From Bacteroidales bacterium (GTDB lineage Bacteria > Bacteroidota > Bacteroidia > Bacteroidales > UBA3663): a stretch of DNA of 64,000 bases. Positions 45,612-54,653 of the stretch are shown in pieces. The first letter of the stretch is position 1. Every line of letters starts with the position of its first letter. The stretch lies in NCBI GenBank assembly GCA_045545875.1, contig JAZQBS010000153.1:6530-70529 (forward strand), read 5' to 3'. The position numbers were made by a program, and so were the translations under genes. Under the pieces are notes generated by a model. The model did not search any database, was not told the DNA's origin, and was given only the letters and a program-made list of their open reading frames with translations.

Positions 45612-47012
45612 TCATTTTTCGATGTCGAAAGTCATGACATCAGGTAGTCCATTTGTACAAGCACGCCATTCTGGAAGCCCCGATCCATTGGGATTTCCAG
45701 CCTTCATAAAGTTCGTCCAGTAGTCAACCATTCGTTCACTAAGCCTCTCGTCAGCCTCGCCAAGGGGACGCCAACAACGCTTGACTGTATTGAAAACATA
45801 CCATAGCTCGGAGGAATGGAAGGCTCCTGAACCATTGCCGGGAAGACGACGACGGAACTCATAGACGTAAGGAGCCTTGCCTTTTTCGGCCAGTCGGGAG
45901 GCAAGATATGCATAAGGTTCGCCCATACGCGTGAACATCATGTCGTCGAGCGTGCATCCCATCATGATGGGGATATGCGGAACGAAGTCATTTTCGATGC
46001 AATCGGCAAGACCTCCTGCGAGCACCTTGCCATCGACATTGGGCTGGAGCATGAGGAACGGCATATTGTGAGCGGTAGTAAAGCGACTGATGACCTCCTG
46101 CAACTGCTGGTAGTTCATACGACGCATCTCGTCGAGGCTCAAGTCTCCCATGAGCGTCTTGCCCAACTGTTCGTAATCGCTGAGGGAAGCCGCACCCATA
46201 CCATCGTTGCCATCGGGACTTATGGCGCCACCACTCTGGATGATAGCCTTGGCAATCTTTCCCTTGGTCAGCGGTGAGCAAAGAAGATTGCGGACACTCA
46301 TGGCACCAGCACTCTGTCCGAAGACAGTGATGTTGTCGGGGTCTCCTCCAAAGTTTGCAATGTTGTCGCGTGTCCAGTCGAGAGCCTTGATCTGGTCGAG
46401 CATGCCGTAATTGCCGGAGATATGGTCGGGATTTTCGGCTGAAAGTTCAGGATGAGCCAAGAAGCCAAAAGCACCCAAACGGTAATTGATGGTAACAAGT
46501 ATGACACCACGCTTGGCATAGGCATCGCCATCAAACTCCTTTTCATAACCAAAGCCTGCGATGAAGGCACCACCATGGATCCAAAGTGCGACAGGCAATT
46601 TGTCGCCTTTCTTTGCTTCAGCAGGCTTCCAAATATTCAGATAAAGACAATCCTCGCTCATCTCGGGGTCGCCTTCCGAGAAGAATTCCTTCACGTAATC
46701 GACATCGCCATAATTGTTGATGACAACGGAATCGGGGCCTGCAACATGAGGTGGCTGGAACGAGATAGGGCCAAAATGATCGGCAATCAGTACAGTATCC
46801 CATGGGATAACTGGCTGTGGTGCCTTCCAACGCAATTCGCCCACAGGAGGAGCGGCATAAGGGATGCCCTTGAAGACGACAACATTGGGATTCTCAGAAG
46901 GCATACCTTGTACTTTGCCTCCTGTCACTTCTTTAACCAAAGGATTCTCTGGTGCGGTGGTGCATGCAGTCAGGCAAAACACCATCATCGTCATTGCAAT
47001 AAAGTTTTTCAT
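45612..47012 (-). CDS. Type-B carboxylesterase/lipase family protein (lipoprotein)
   Basis: Motifs ...DCLYLNIW..., ...HGGAF... and nucleophile ...FGQSAGA... Confidence 0.9.
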   Translation of the reverse strand: MKNFIAMTMMVFCLTACTTAPENPLVKEVTGGKVQGMPSENPNVVVFKGIPYAAPPVGELRWKAPQPVIPWDTVLIADHFGPISFQPPHVAGPDSVVINNYGDVDYVKEFFSEGDPEMSEDCLYLNIWKPAEAKKGDKLPVALWIHGGAFIAGFGYEKEFDGDAYAKRGVILVTINYRLGAFGFLAHPELSAENPDHISGNYGMLDQIKALDWTRDNIANFGGDPDNITVFGQSAGAMSVRNLLCSPLTKGKIAKAIIQSGGAISPDGNDGMGAASLSDYEQLGKTLMGDLSLDEMRRMNYQQLQEVISRFTTAHNMPFLMLQPNVDGKVLAGGLADCIENDFVPHIPIMMGCTLDDMMFTRMGEPYAYLASRLAEKGKAPYVYEFRRRLPGNGSGAFHSSELWYVFNTVKRCWRPLGEADERLSERMVDYWTNFMKAGNPNGSGLPEWRACTNGLPDVMTFDIEK

Positions 47013-47123
47013 ATTATATTATATAATAAGTAATGTGAGATTGTTTGCAGCAGCAAATATCGTAATAATTCAGATATTATCCAAATAATTCATAGTATTT
47101 CTTCCCCAAAAGGCAAAAATATG

Positions 47124-47230
47124 AAAAAAAGCCCAGACTTTCGCAAGCCCGGGCTTATGATATACACACACTAAATAAGAACTAACCAATAATCTTAAAT
47201 TTCCAATGTTCTGTCCATATTACTTTTTTT
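47124..47230 (-). ncRNA. Candidate small RNA (about 105 nt) with intrinsic terminator
   Basis: TAACTTTG -7 box (47237-47244, minus strand). The hairpin at 47130-47155 has a G-U pair only when read on the minus strand and is followed by U7. Ends are approximate. Confidence 0.3.
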
Positions 47231-47236
47231 CGACTG

Positions 47237-47244
47237 CAAAGTTA
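47237..47244 (-). promoter_or_regulatory. -7 box TAACTTTG (minus strand), orphan
   Basis: CAAAGTTA on the plus strand. The -33 position has CTTG rather than TTTG. Confidence 0.4.
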
Positions 47245-47476
47245 CTACATATTTTATAAATAAACAAGTGCAGGTAAATAACAAGGAGCTAAGGCGCGGG
47301 AAAACCATATTGATTTTCAATTGTTTGTACAATTTTCCTCCTACATAAATGTAGATTTATGAGGAAACCTGATTATCTCGACTCCACTCGTCAGATAAAG
47401 AATTCAGGAGTCAAACGTCACATGATAAACGTTCGATACACACCTCTGGCGAGGCGAAGGAATAGTGGCATAGAAT

Positions 47477-47550
47477 AAAAAAACCGTAGGCTGTCTCACG
47501 ACAGCCCACGATCACAAAATCATTCACTTATTGTTACCATTTATTGCCTT
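47477..47550 (-). ncRNA. Candidate small RNA (about 75 nt) with intrinsic terminator
   Basis: A full consensus promoter lies upstream. The hairpin GGCTGTC-GTGA-GACAGCC (47489-47506) is followed by U7 on the minus strand. Ends are approximate. Confidence 0.35.
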
Positions 47551-47556
47551 ATGGTG

Positions 47557-47588
47557 CAAAGATATAGTATTATACAATATACTCCAAA
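47557..47588 (-). promoter_or_regulatory. Orphan consensus promoter TTTG-N20-TATCTTTG (minus strand)
   Basis: CAAAGATA at 47557-47564 and CAAA at 47585-47588 on the plus strand. Confidence 0.5.
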
Positions 47589-47934
47589 TCCTATCGGCAG
47601 TTTTTTTCCTATTTCATAACGAATCGCCCATTTTTCCCCACTAAAATTTTCAGCAGAGGGCGAATATCTTTGCAAAAATACATTTTGATGCCATCCACAG
47701 TCCTTATTTACGTATAAGACTACCAATCAGCGGGAACGCCTAATAAAAAACACCTCTCCGGTTCTCCTTTTGATGTATAGATTGGATACTATGCATGACA
47801 AACTTGGCAAATAAGACAATTGTTTACTAGAAAATCGGACAAATAAGACCATCATTTGAAAAAAACACACTATATTTGTAAACTTTTAATAAATAAAAGT
47901 TTTATCCGAAAACAATTATCCGGTTACATACGCT

Positions 47935-48972
47935 ATGATTTTTTTAGATCGCAACGAATTCAATTTCAAACCTTCGCAGAAGGTGATTGATGCTGTAAAA
48001 AACTTCAACCCCGAGGATCTCTGCTTCTACACCCGCATCTACGACCAAGGCAAGAAGAGCGTTGTGTCTGTTCGCCTCAGCGAGATATATGGTGTGCCTG
48101 AGTCTCAGGTACTGTTGGGTTATGGTGGCGAGGACATTCTCAAGAATGCCGTCCACTACTATCTCACCAAGGGTGACAACCGTTCCATACTGATTCCCGA
48201 ATTCTCGTGGTGGTACTATAACCGCATTGCTAGCGAATGTGGCGGCGAGACACACATGTACCCCCTTCACGAACTGGAAGACACCTTTGCCTACGATATA
48301 GATGAAGTCATTCGATATACATGCGACGTACATCCACGCATGCTCCTCATCGCTTCTCCCAACAATCCTACCGGCAACAGCCTTACTCCCGATGAGGTCA
48401 CACGCATCATGGAAAATATTCCCTCCGACACCATGGTGCTCATCGACGAGGCATATGCTTCGTTCATTTCGGCTGACACGCATTATATTGCTCCTTTGGT
48501 CGAAAAGCACAGCAACCTCATCATCTCACGCACCCTCTCAAAGTTCTATGGACTTCCCGGACTGCGCATGGGCTTCGGATTCATGGGCAAGGGACACGAC
48601 GGGTTCCTCAATTATGCCAATAAATATCTTGGATACAACCGCTTCTCGGAGGCAGTAGCCCTTGCAGCGCTTGAAAGTGACGAACATTATCGCAACGTGG
48701 CCAATCAGATGCAGTGGGACCGCGACCTCTTCAAGAAGGAGTTGGGCAATCTCCCAGGATTCAAGGTTTATAAGTCGGTGGCCAACTTCATCCTAATCAA
48801 GTATCCCATCGAGATCAAGGAAGCCCTTCAAGAAGCCCTTCGCGTACAGGAGTACAAGATCAAGTTCATGTCGGACAAAGGTCTTGAATCCTGCCTACGC
48901 ATCACCCTGGGCCGTCCTGAACAGATTCAGGTGGTTGTCGATACGATCAAAAAAGTATATCTTTCACGATGA
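47935..48972 (+). CDS. Class-II PLP-dependent enzyme of the HisC/CobD fold (aminotransferase or phospho-amino-acid decarboxylase)
   Basis: Motifs ...SPNNPTGN..., ...DEAY... and PLP-lysine motif ...SRTLSKFYGLPGLRMGF... The substrate cannot be assigned from sequence alone. Confidence 0.75.
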   Translation: MIFLDRNEFNFKPSQKVIDAVKNFNPEDLCFYTRIYDQGKKSVVSVRLSEIYGVPESQVLLGYGGEDILKNAVHYYLTKGDNRSILIPEFSWWYYNRIASECGGETHMYPLHELEDTFAYDIDEVIRYTCDVHPRMLLIASPNNPTGNSLTPDEVTRIMENIPSDTMVLIDEAYASFISADTHYIAPLVEKHSNLIISRTLSKFYGLPGLRMGFGFMGKGHDGFLNYANKYLGYNRFSEAVALAALESDEHYRNVANQMQWDRDLFKKELGNLPGFKVYKSVANFILIKYPIEIKEALQEALRVQEYKIKFMSDKGLESCLRITLGRPEQIQVVVDTIKKVYLSR

Positions 48973-49727
48973 AAGCGCTCATCCTTGCTGCCGGTACGGC
49001 TTCACGTCTGCGTCCACTGACCAACGACACCCCCAAGTGCCTGCTTCATGTGGGAAAACGAACCTTGCTCCAACGCTCGATGGATGCATTGATACAGAAT
49101 GGCATCCGCCAGTTTGTCATTGTCACCGGCTACCTGCATAAGAAGATTGAGCAATTCGTGAGTCAGCAATATGGCGACAGCATACAAGTAACCTTCATCC
49201 ACAACGACATTTACGCTTCGACCAACAATATCTACTCCCTTTGGCTGGCACGTCCCGCAGTCGAAGGTACAGAGTTTCTACTGCTCGACAGCGACTTGCT
49301 CTACGATCCACAAATCATCACCTGCGTGCTTGCCAACGACGCGCCCAATGTGTTGACGCTAATTCGTCACACGCTGGGCGAAGAAGAGATGAAAGTGGTC
49401 ACTGTCTCCAGTCGCAACCATACCGGAGATACCGACGGAACCATCGTTGAAATCAGCAAGACCTGTCGGCCAGAAGATGCAGCAGGCGAAAGCCTTGGCA
49501 TTGAGAAGATGGATTCAGCCTACAGTCGTGCCCTCTACGGCGAACTTGACAAGATGATGAATCAAGAACATCTCGAAAACAAGTTCTACGAACTCGCCTT
49601 CATGCGCCTCATTCCACAAGGTCAAACATTCAGTGTTCTCGATGTCACAGACCTTTTCAGTTGCGAACTCGACACTGTCGAGGACTTCGAGAATGCCAAG
49701 CAGAAGATTCCCGCATCGCTCTATTGA
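48969..49727 (+). CDS. LicC-like nucleotidyltransferase (sugar-/alcohol-phosphate cytidylyl/nucleotidyl transferase)
   Basis: N-terminus MKALILAAGTASRLRPLTNDTPKCLL..., with a 4-bp overlap with the upstream gene. Confidence 0.8.
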   Translation: MKALILAAGTASRLRPLTNDTPKCLLHVGKRTLLQRSMDALIQNGIRQFVIVTGYLHKKIEQFVSQQYGDSIQVTFIHNDIYASTNNIYSLWLARPAVEGTEFLLLDSDLLYDPQIITCVLANDAPNVLTLIRHTLGEEEMKVVTVSSRNHTGDTDGTIVEISKTCRPEDAAGESLGIEKMDSAYSRALYGELDKMMNQEHLENKFYELAFMRLIPQGQTFSVLDVTDLFSCELDTVEDFENAKQKIPASLY

Positions 49728-49728
49728 T

Positions 49729-50550
49729 ATGGCCACCTACGACATACGTCCTCTTCAACTGCGTATTCTGCGCATTCTCCTCGCCGTCCAAAAGGTCTGC
49801 GAAGAACATAACCTGCGTTATTTCATCATTGCAGGCACACTCCTCGGTGCAGTGCGCCACAAGGGCTTTATCCCTTGGGATGACGATCTTGACATCGCCA
49901 TGCCACGCCGCGACTATGACCTGCTGTGTCAACATGCCAGCGAGTGGCTTCCTGCACCCTATGAGATGGTGAGTTTCGAAACTGATCCCGAGAACTATCC
50001 CCTCCCCTTCGCGAAGATACAGGATGCCAGCACTACGCTCATCGAACGCATGCACCTCAAATACCTTGGCGGAATCTACATTGATCTATTTCCGCTCGAT
50101 GGTATACCCAAGAGCACGATATTACGCCGCCTGCATTTCATGCGCTACGAATGGTACAAGCGCGCCCTCTACCTTGTTCATCGTGACCCCTACAAGCACG
50201 GACACGGTCCATCGAGCTGGATACCTCTGCTCTGCCGAAAGCTCTATACGATGCAGGAGATACAGGAGAAGATGCGATGCCTGCAGCGGCGCTGGGACTA
50301 CGATGCCAGCGACTACGTGGTTGATCATGACGACGGGTTGAAAGGTGTGATGGCCAAGTCAATCCTGGGCAAGCCCACACCGATTGCCTTCGAGGATGCA
50401 GTGGTCTGGGGTGCTGAACACCCACACGAATATCTTTCGCAGAAATACGGTGAATATATGGTGATACCCGATGGCGACCACCAGCGCCAGCACAACTTCC
50501 ACCTTCTCGACCTTGAACGTCCTTATCGGGACTACTCAGAAAAGGCATAG
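49729..50550 (+). CDS. LicD-family phosphotransferase
   Basis: Motif ...YFIIAGTLLGAVRHKGFIPWDDDLDIAMPR... The ATG at 49729 lies 1 nt after the upstream stop. Confidence 0.85.
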   Translation: MATYDIRPLQLRILRILLAVQKVCEEHNLRYFIIAGTLLGAVRHKGFIPWDDDLDIAMPRRDYDLLCQHASEWLPAPYEMVSFETDPENYPLPFAKIQDASTTLIERMHLKYLGGIYIDLFPLDGIPKSTILRRLHFMRYEWYKRALYLVHRDPYKHGHGPSSWIPLLCRKLYTMQEIQEKMRCLQRRWDYDASDYVVDHDDGLKGVMAKSILGKPTPIAFEDAVVWGAEHPHEYLSQKYGEYMVIPDGDHQRQHNFHLLDLERPYRDYSEKA

Positions 50551-50608
50551 CCTTATCGAGTTAACAAATCGCTAACCCTAATTGATTAACATTTAATACC
50601 GAAACATC

Positions 50609-50983
50609 ATGAGCAACGTAAATGAAATCTACAAGTGCAAGGAATGCGGCTTGATGGTGGAAGTTGTCATTGCCGGCGACTGCACTCCAGAATGCTGCGG
50701 CAAACCCATGCAGCTACTAAAAGAGAACACCACCGATGGCGCCAAGGAAAAGCATGTCCCTGTGGTCGAAAAGACTGCTGATGGCTATCGTGTCAGGGTA
50801 GGTTCTGTAGATCACCCGATGACCGAGGCCCACTACATCCAGTGGATCGAACTCGTCACCGAAAATGGTGTGCTTCGCCAGCATCTCACCCCACAAGATC
50901 AACCCTGTGCAGAATTCAAAACCGATGCCAAGGAAGTCTATGCTCGTGAGTTCTGCAATCTTCATGGACTTTGGAAATCCTGA
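50609..50983 (+). CDS. dfx: Desulfoferrodoxin (class I superoxide reductase)
   Basis: N-terminal desulforedoxin-like CKECG...CCG and C-terminal ...KHVP...H...CNLHGLW. Confidence 0.9.
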   Translation: MSNVNEIYKCKECGLMVEVVIAGDCTPECCGKPMQLLKENTTDGAKEKHVPVVEKTADGYRVRVGSVDHPMTEAHYIQWIELVTENGVLRQHLTPQDQPCAEFKTDAKEVYAREFCNLHGLWKS

Positions 50984-51053
50984 TTCCCTTGTATTTTTCT
51001 CTATCACTTCGACAAAGAATATTCGGGCAGTTGCCTGAATAAAAACCTAAACA

Positions 51054-51088
51054 GATGAAGCCCAGACGTTGTTGGTCTGGGCTTCATC
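51054..51088. terminator. Bidirectional terminator hairpin (14-bp stem GATGAAGCCCAGAC / GTCTGGGCTTCATC)
   Basis: Lies between convergent dfx and the GH9-like gene. Confidence 0.7.
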
Positions 51089-51107
51089 ATTATGAGGGAT
51101 GTTGCAT

Positions 51108-53459
51108 TTATCGTATTCCGTAGAGGTAAGCGAGGAGCATCATCTTGCCACGCATCGTCTCTCGTGGTGTGAACTCGCCATTTACCCACATGTAACGCTG
51201 ATTGAAATAGGATTCCTGACGTGGCCAATTTTCTGTCCATGAGGGATAGCATCGATTGAGCAGAATACGTGCATCGCCGCCATTATCGGGCGACCACACT
51301 TCGGTGCCGTTGAAAGGAGTTTGGCCAGGATGACTCTCGGGAGTTCCATCGTTTCGTCCGGTAGTATAAACGTCGGTAAGGTGACGCTGGCCCAAGCCGG
51401 TCATTTCAACGATATTTCCTGGATTACGTCCCAATGCCCAACCAGCCTCGAGATATAGAGCACGTTCAAGTTGCTGGCGACGTGCCTTGGTATCGGCGAT
51501 GTAATGTGCCAGGACCACAAGATGCAGATTCTGTGACGTCTGCCACCGCGCATCGTTGGCGGCGCGACGCGAAGGACGCTGATCGACAAAGTTGACGTTG
51601 TAGGCATCGGCATGCTTATTGACGCTCGACTTTATATTGACATAGAGTTCGGGATAATGGCGTTCGCGTGGGCAGCAGAGATAAGCAGCAGTTGCATAGA
51701 ACTGGAAGTAACCTACCTCGCCCGCCTGGAAGACATTGGTGACATTGGCGGTAAAGAATCCCTGGCGTCCCTTATTGAAGAGCGGTGTATCGCCGGTCGT
51801 GATCATGCTTTCGGCTGCAAGGATATCTTCCCATTCCCTTTCGCCCGTGACATTATATAGGAAGGCAGCAGCCATCTGACGGAAGTCACGGCCTCGCATA
51901 CTGATGCTTCCGATATCCTGCTTGTCGTCAAGTTGAGAGTTTTCCTGCCGCGAAGCATATCGAAATGCACGTATTGCCTCTTGCGTGTAATAGTTGCATA
52001 GCGAGTCATTGCCCTGGATGCGAAGTGCCTCAGCCGTGATGGCGCAGTTGGCGGCATTGGCCCAAGCGGCCATCGTAGTGCAACCCGCCTGAAACATAAT
52101 GGTCCATTCGGACGAAGGATTGGTGACACCCTGCGAGTAACCTTCGCCATCGCGTATGCTCAAGAAGAAATCCACCTCATTGCGAGCCTCGTCGATGAGG
52201 TCGGGCAAACCATTCCCACTCTCACGAATGCCAAGGTTATCCTCTGCCAAACGTCCACCCGTAAGAATATAGGGCAGCAACTGATCGTAGATGTTGGAGA
52301 CATGGGCAAGGTGACGGTCCCAGTCAAAGGCATCGGAATGCCCACCCTTTACATCGACAGCCACAGGGTTGCCAGACAGACGATGTTGCCAGAAGATAGA
52401 CGTGAGAGCCGGCTTGAAGTGAGGTTCATCCCAAACGTCGGTACGCAATGCCCTCCATTCGGGATCCCATGGCTGGAAATCGGTCTTGTAGATGGTAAAG
52501 CCCTTCGGATCGACCTCGGGGATAAACTGAGGCTGACGTGGCACGGGAGTGACGTGCTCCGGGTCGATGGGTTCACCTAAACGCATGTAATAATAGCCGC
52601 GAAGTGAATAACGGTAAGGTTGATAATATATTTCGGAGTTGACATCGAAGTCCATACTGCAACCTACATCCTCAACAACAAGACGATAACGACCAGGTGC
52701 AGATACCTTGAAATCGACATTCCACACATCACTACCGACAAGATTCTTCTGACCTGCCTCATTGGCTGAAGCCGAAGCTGGTAACCAGAAGCGCACAGTT
52801 CCCACAGCCTGTTTACGACGTGTATTCACATTATAGAGCCATACCTTTTTGCCTTCATAAACCTTGTAGTCACGTTGCCCACCATCACCAAGCCACATAT
52901 AAAGATCGGCAGCCTTCACTGTTTCGGCAGGACTATATCCCAAGATATTGACATGCACGGCCTCGGACTGCGAGGTCCAGATATCGTACTTCACAGAAGC
53001 GGTGCTATGGTCACTGCCAAGACCTTCTGGAATATTGACCTTATAGGTGCAACCCTGTCGCATGGATTGAGGCAACTGCAGGAAGAGCCAATGGTCGAGT
53101 TCGGAGGCAAGAGTGTGATCCGTGTTCATAGGTTTGCTCTTCCGATGGATGGCCTTTGGTGAAGACAAAGCGAAAGACTTATCATCGGGAGAAGAGACTT
53201 GCCATAATGCCGCTTGGGAAGCTAATGCAGCATCGAGACGAGGTCCAAAGACGAGGAGAGTGTCATCGCCATCAGCAAAACTATGTCCCAAATATGCACT
53301 GGGGCCAGTGGCATCATCGCGATAACGAACTTCGCCATCGCGGAAATGAAGCATCAGATAATCCTTGTCAACCACCTGAATGCCAATGAGCCGATTGGCA
53401 AAAGTACTGGAAGATACAAGGAAAGAAAGGAATGTAATTAGGATTAATGAACGTCTCAT
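51108..53459 (-). CDS. GH9-like glycoside hydrolase (Ig-like CelD_N-type domain + alpha/alpha-6 barrel)
   Basis: Signal peptide from the ATG at 53459. ...YRYSLRGYYYMRLG... and ...GGHSDAFDW... resemble the GH9 FYxxQRxG and GGWxDAGD motifs. The family call is from memory. Confidence 0.5.
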   Translation of the reverse strand: MRRSLILITFLSFLVSSSTFANRLIGIQVVDKDYLMLHFRDGEVRYRDDATGPSAYLGHSFADGDDTLLVFGPRLDAALASQAALWQVSSPDDKSFALSSPKAIHRKSKPMNTDHTLASELDHWLFLQLPQSMRQGCTYKVNIPEGLGSDHSTASVKYDIWTSQSEAVHVNILGYSPAETVKAADLYMWLGDGGQRDYKVYEGKKVWLYNVNTRRKQAVGTVRFWLPASASANEAGQKNLVGSDVWNVDFKVSAPGRYRLVVEDVGCSMDFDVNSEIYYQPYRYSLRGYYYMRLGEPIDPEHVTPVPRQPQFIPEVDPKGFTIYKTDFQPWDPEWRALRTDVWDEPHFKPALTSIFWQHRLSGNPVAVDVKGGHSDAFDWDRHLAHVSNIYDQLLPYILTGGRLAEDNLGIRESGNGLPDLIDEARNEVDFFLSIRDGEGYSQGVTNPSSEWTIMFQAGCTTMAAWANAANCAITAEALRIQGNDSLCNYYTQEAIRAFRYASRQENSQLDDKQDIGSISMRGRDFRQMAAAFLYNVTGEREWEDILAAESMITTGDTPLFNKGRQGFFTANVTNVFQAGEVGYFQFYATAAYLCCPRERHYPELYVNIKSSVNKHADAYNVNFVDQRPSRRAANDARWQTSQNLHLVVLAHYIADTKARRQQLERALYLEAGWALGRNPGNIVEMTGLGQRHLTDVYTTGRNDGTPESHPGQTPFNGTEVWSPDNGGDARILLNRCYPSWTENWPRQESYFNQRYMWVNGEFTPRETMRGKMMLLAYLYGIR

Positions 53460-53497
53460 GATGATTTTAAGTGGAATAATTAACAGTAACATTATCT

Positions 53498-53577
53498 TCT
53501 AGAGTATCTAGATGATCTAGAGCTTCTAGAGTATCTAGATTTTCTAGATTTTCTAGAGCTTCCAGAGAGCATCTAGA
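53498..53577. repeat. 9 x about 9-bp tandem array with palindromic core TCTAGA (53498, 507, 516, 525, 534, 543, 552, degenerate 561, 572)
   Basis: Read directly. It fills the 137-bp gap between the GH43 stop and the GH9-like start. Confidence 0.9.
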
Positions 53578-53596
53578 CCTCATGATCTATTAGCCA

Positions 53597-54586
53597 TCAG
53601 AAGGGATCAGAGATAACGACGAGCTTATCGCCACTCAAATCAACTTCGAAAAGATGAGGAACGCGGATATAACGACCATTCTGATTGTAGTGACTGTGAC
53701 AGCTCAAAAGCAGACGTCCCTCAAAGTCGCGGAACAACATACCATGTCCGAAATTTGGAGGTGTGATGGGCTTCTCTTCCTGAATCCACGGCCCAGCAAG
53801 TGTCCCTGACTCGGAATAAGCGACACCCTGCGTATAAACATCATAGACCCACGACGTCCAGATCATGCCCAGGCGTCCCGTACCTGTTCGGAAGAGATAT
53901 GGGCCATCGGTAACCTTGTTGGGATGTTCTCCATCCATATCCTTCTCCTTGCTCCAAGGACTTTCCTTCGCACGGAAGAGGATTCGTGGCTCACCTATTG
54001 TTCCACTGAGGTCATCCTTCAGTCGAATGGCTTCCATCGTACCATTCCAGTTCTGCAGCCATTCGCCACAATAGATCATATAGGGATAGCTATCGGTATC
54101 AACCCAAAACGTGCCATCAAGCGTGGGTTGATCGGCTCTTAAATAAGCAGGATCGCCAAAGAGTCGATAGGGACCATCGGGATAATCGCTGACAAGAACC
54201 TGAGAAGCTCGACGTGGAATAACGTTACCACGCACAGAATCAATGCGAACAGCATTGTTGGTGAAGGTGGCAAAGTAATAGTATTTGCCCTGATACGGAT
54301 GGAGTTCGGCAGCCCAAATCATTGGACGTGGGCCCATCCACGACGTCGAGTCAATATCTACCACATTGTAGGGGCCAGTCCACATTTCCAGGTCACGACT
54401 TTTCCAAAGCATACCACCTGTGCCCGTCATATAATAAATATGAGAGGCCGTATCAGGCAAGATGCAAGGGTCGCTTAGTATAATGGAGTCACGAGGCACG
54501 GTACGCACCTGGAAGGGACGACGCTGACGCTGTGCCACAGCAGTAAACGTCAGTAACGAAAGGAGCAGAATAATAAAGTGTTTCAT
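53597..54586 (-). CDS. GH43 family glycoside hydrolase (single propeller domain)
   Basis: Signal peptide, ...LSDPCILPD...YYMTGT... and ...WAAELH... Confidence 0.8.
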   Translation of the reverse strand: MKHFIILLLSLLTFTAVAQRQRRPFQVRTVPRDSIILSDPCILPDTASHIYYMTGTGGMLWKSRDLEMWTGPYNVVDIDSTSWMGPRPMIWAAELHPYQGKYYYFATFTNNAVRIDSVRGNVIPRRASQVLVSDYPDGPYRLFGDPAYLRADQPTLDGTFWVDTDSYPYMIYCGEWLQNWNGTMEAIRLKDDLSGTIGEPRILFRAKESPWSKEKDMDGEHPNKVTDGPYLFRTGTGRLGMIWTSWVYDVYTQGVAYSESGTLAGPWIQEEKPITPPNFGHGMLFRDFEGRLLLSCHSHYNQNGRYIRVPHLFEVDLSGDKLVVISDPF

Positions 54587-54653
54587 GAAGGTAATGAGTT
54601 ATGATTAATAGAAGGAAACATCGGTAGTTCCACGATTCGAATTCCGCAAAGTC

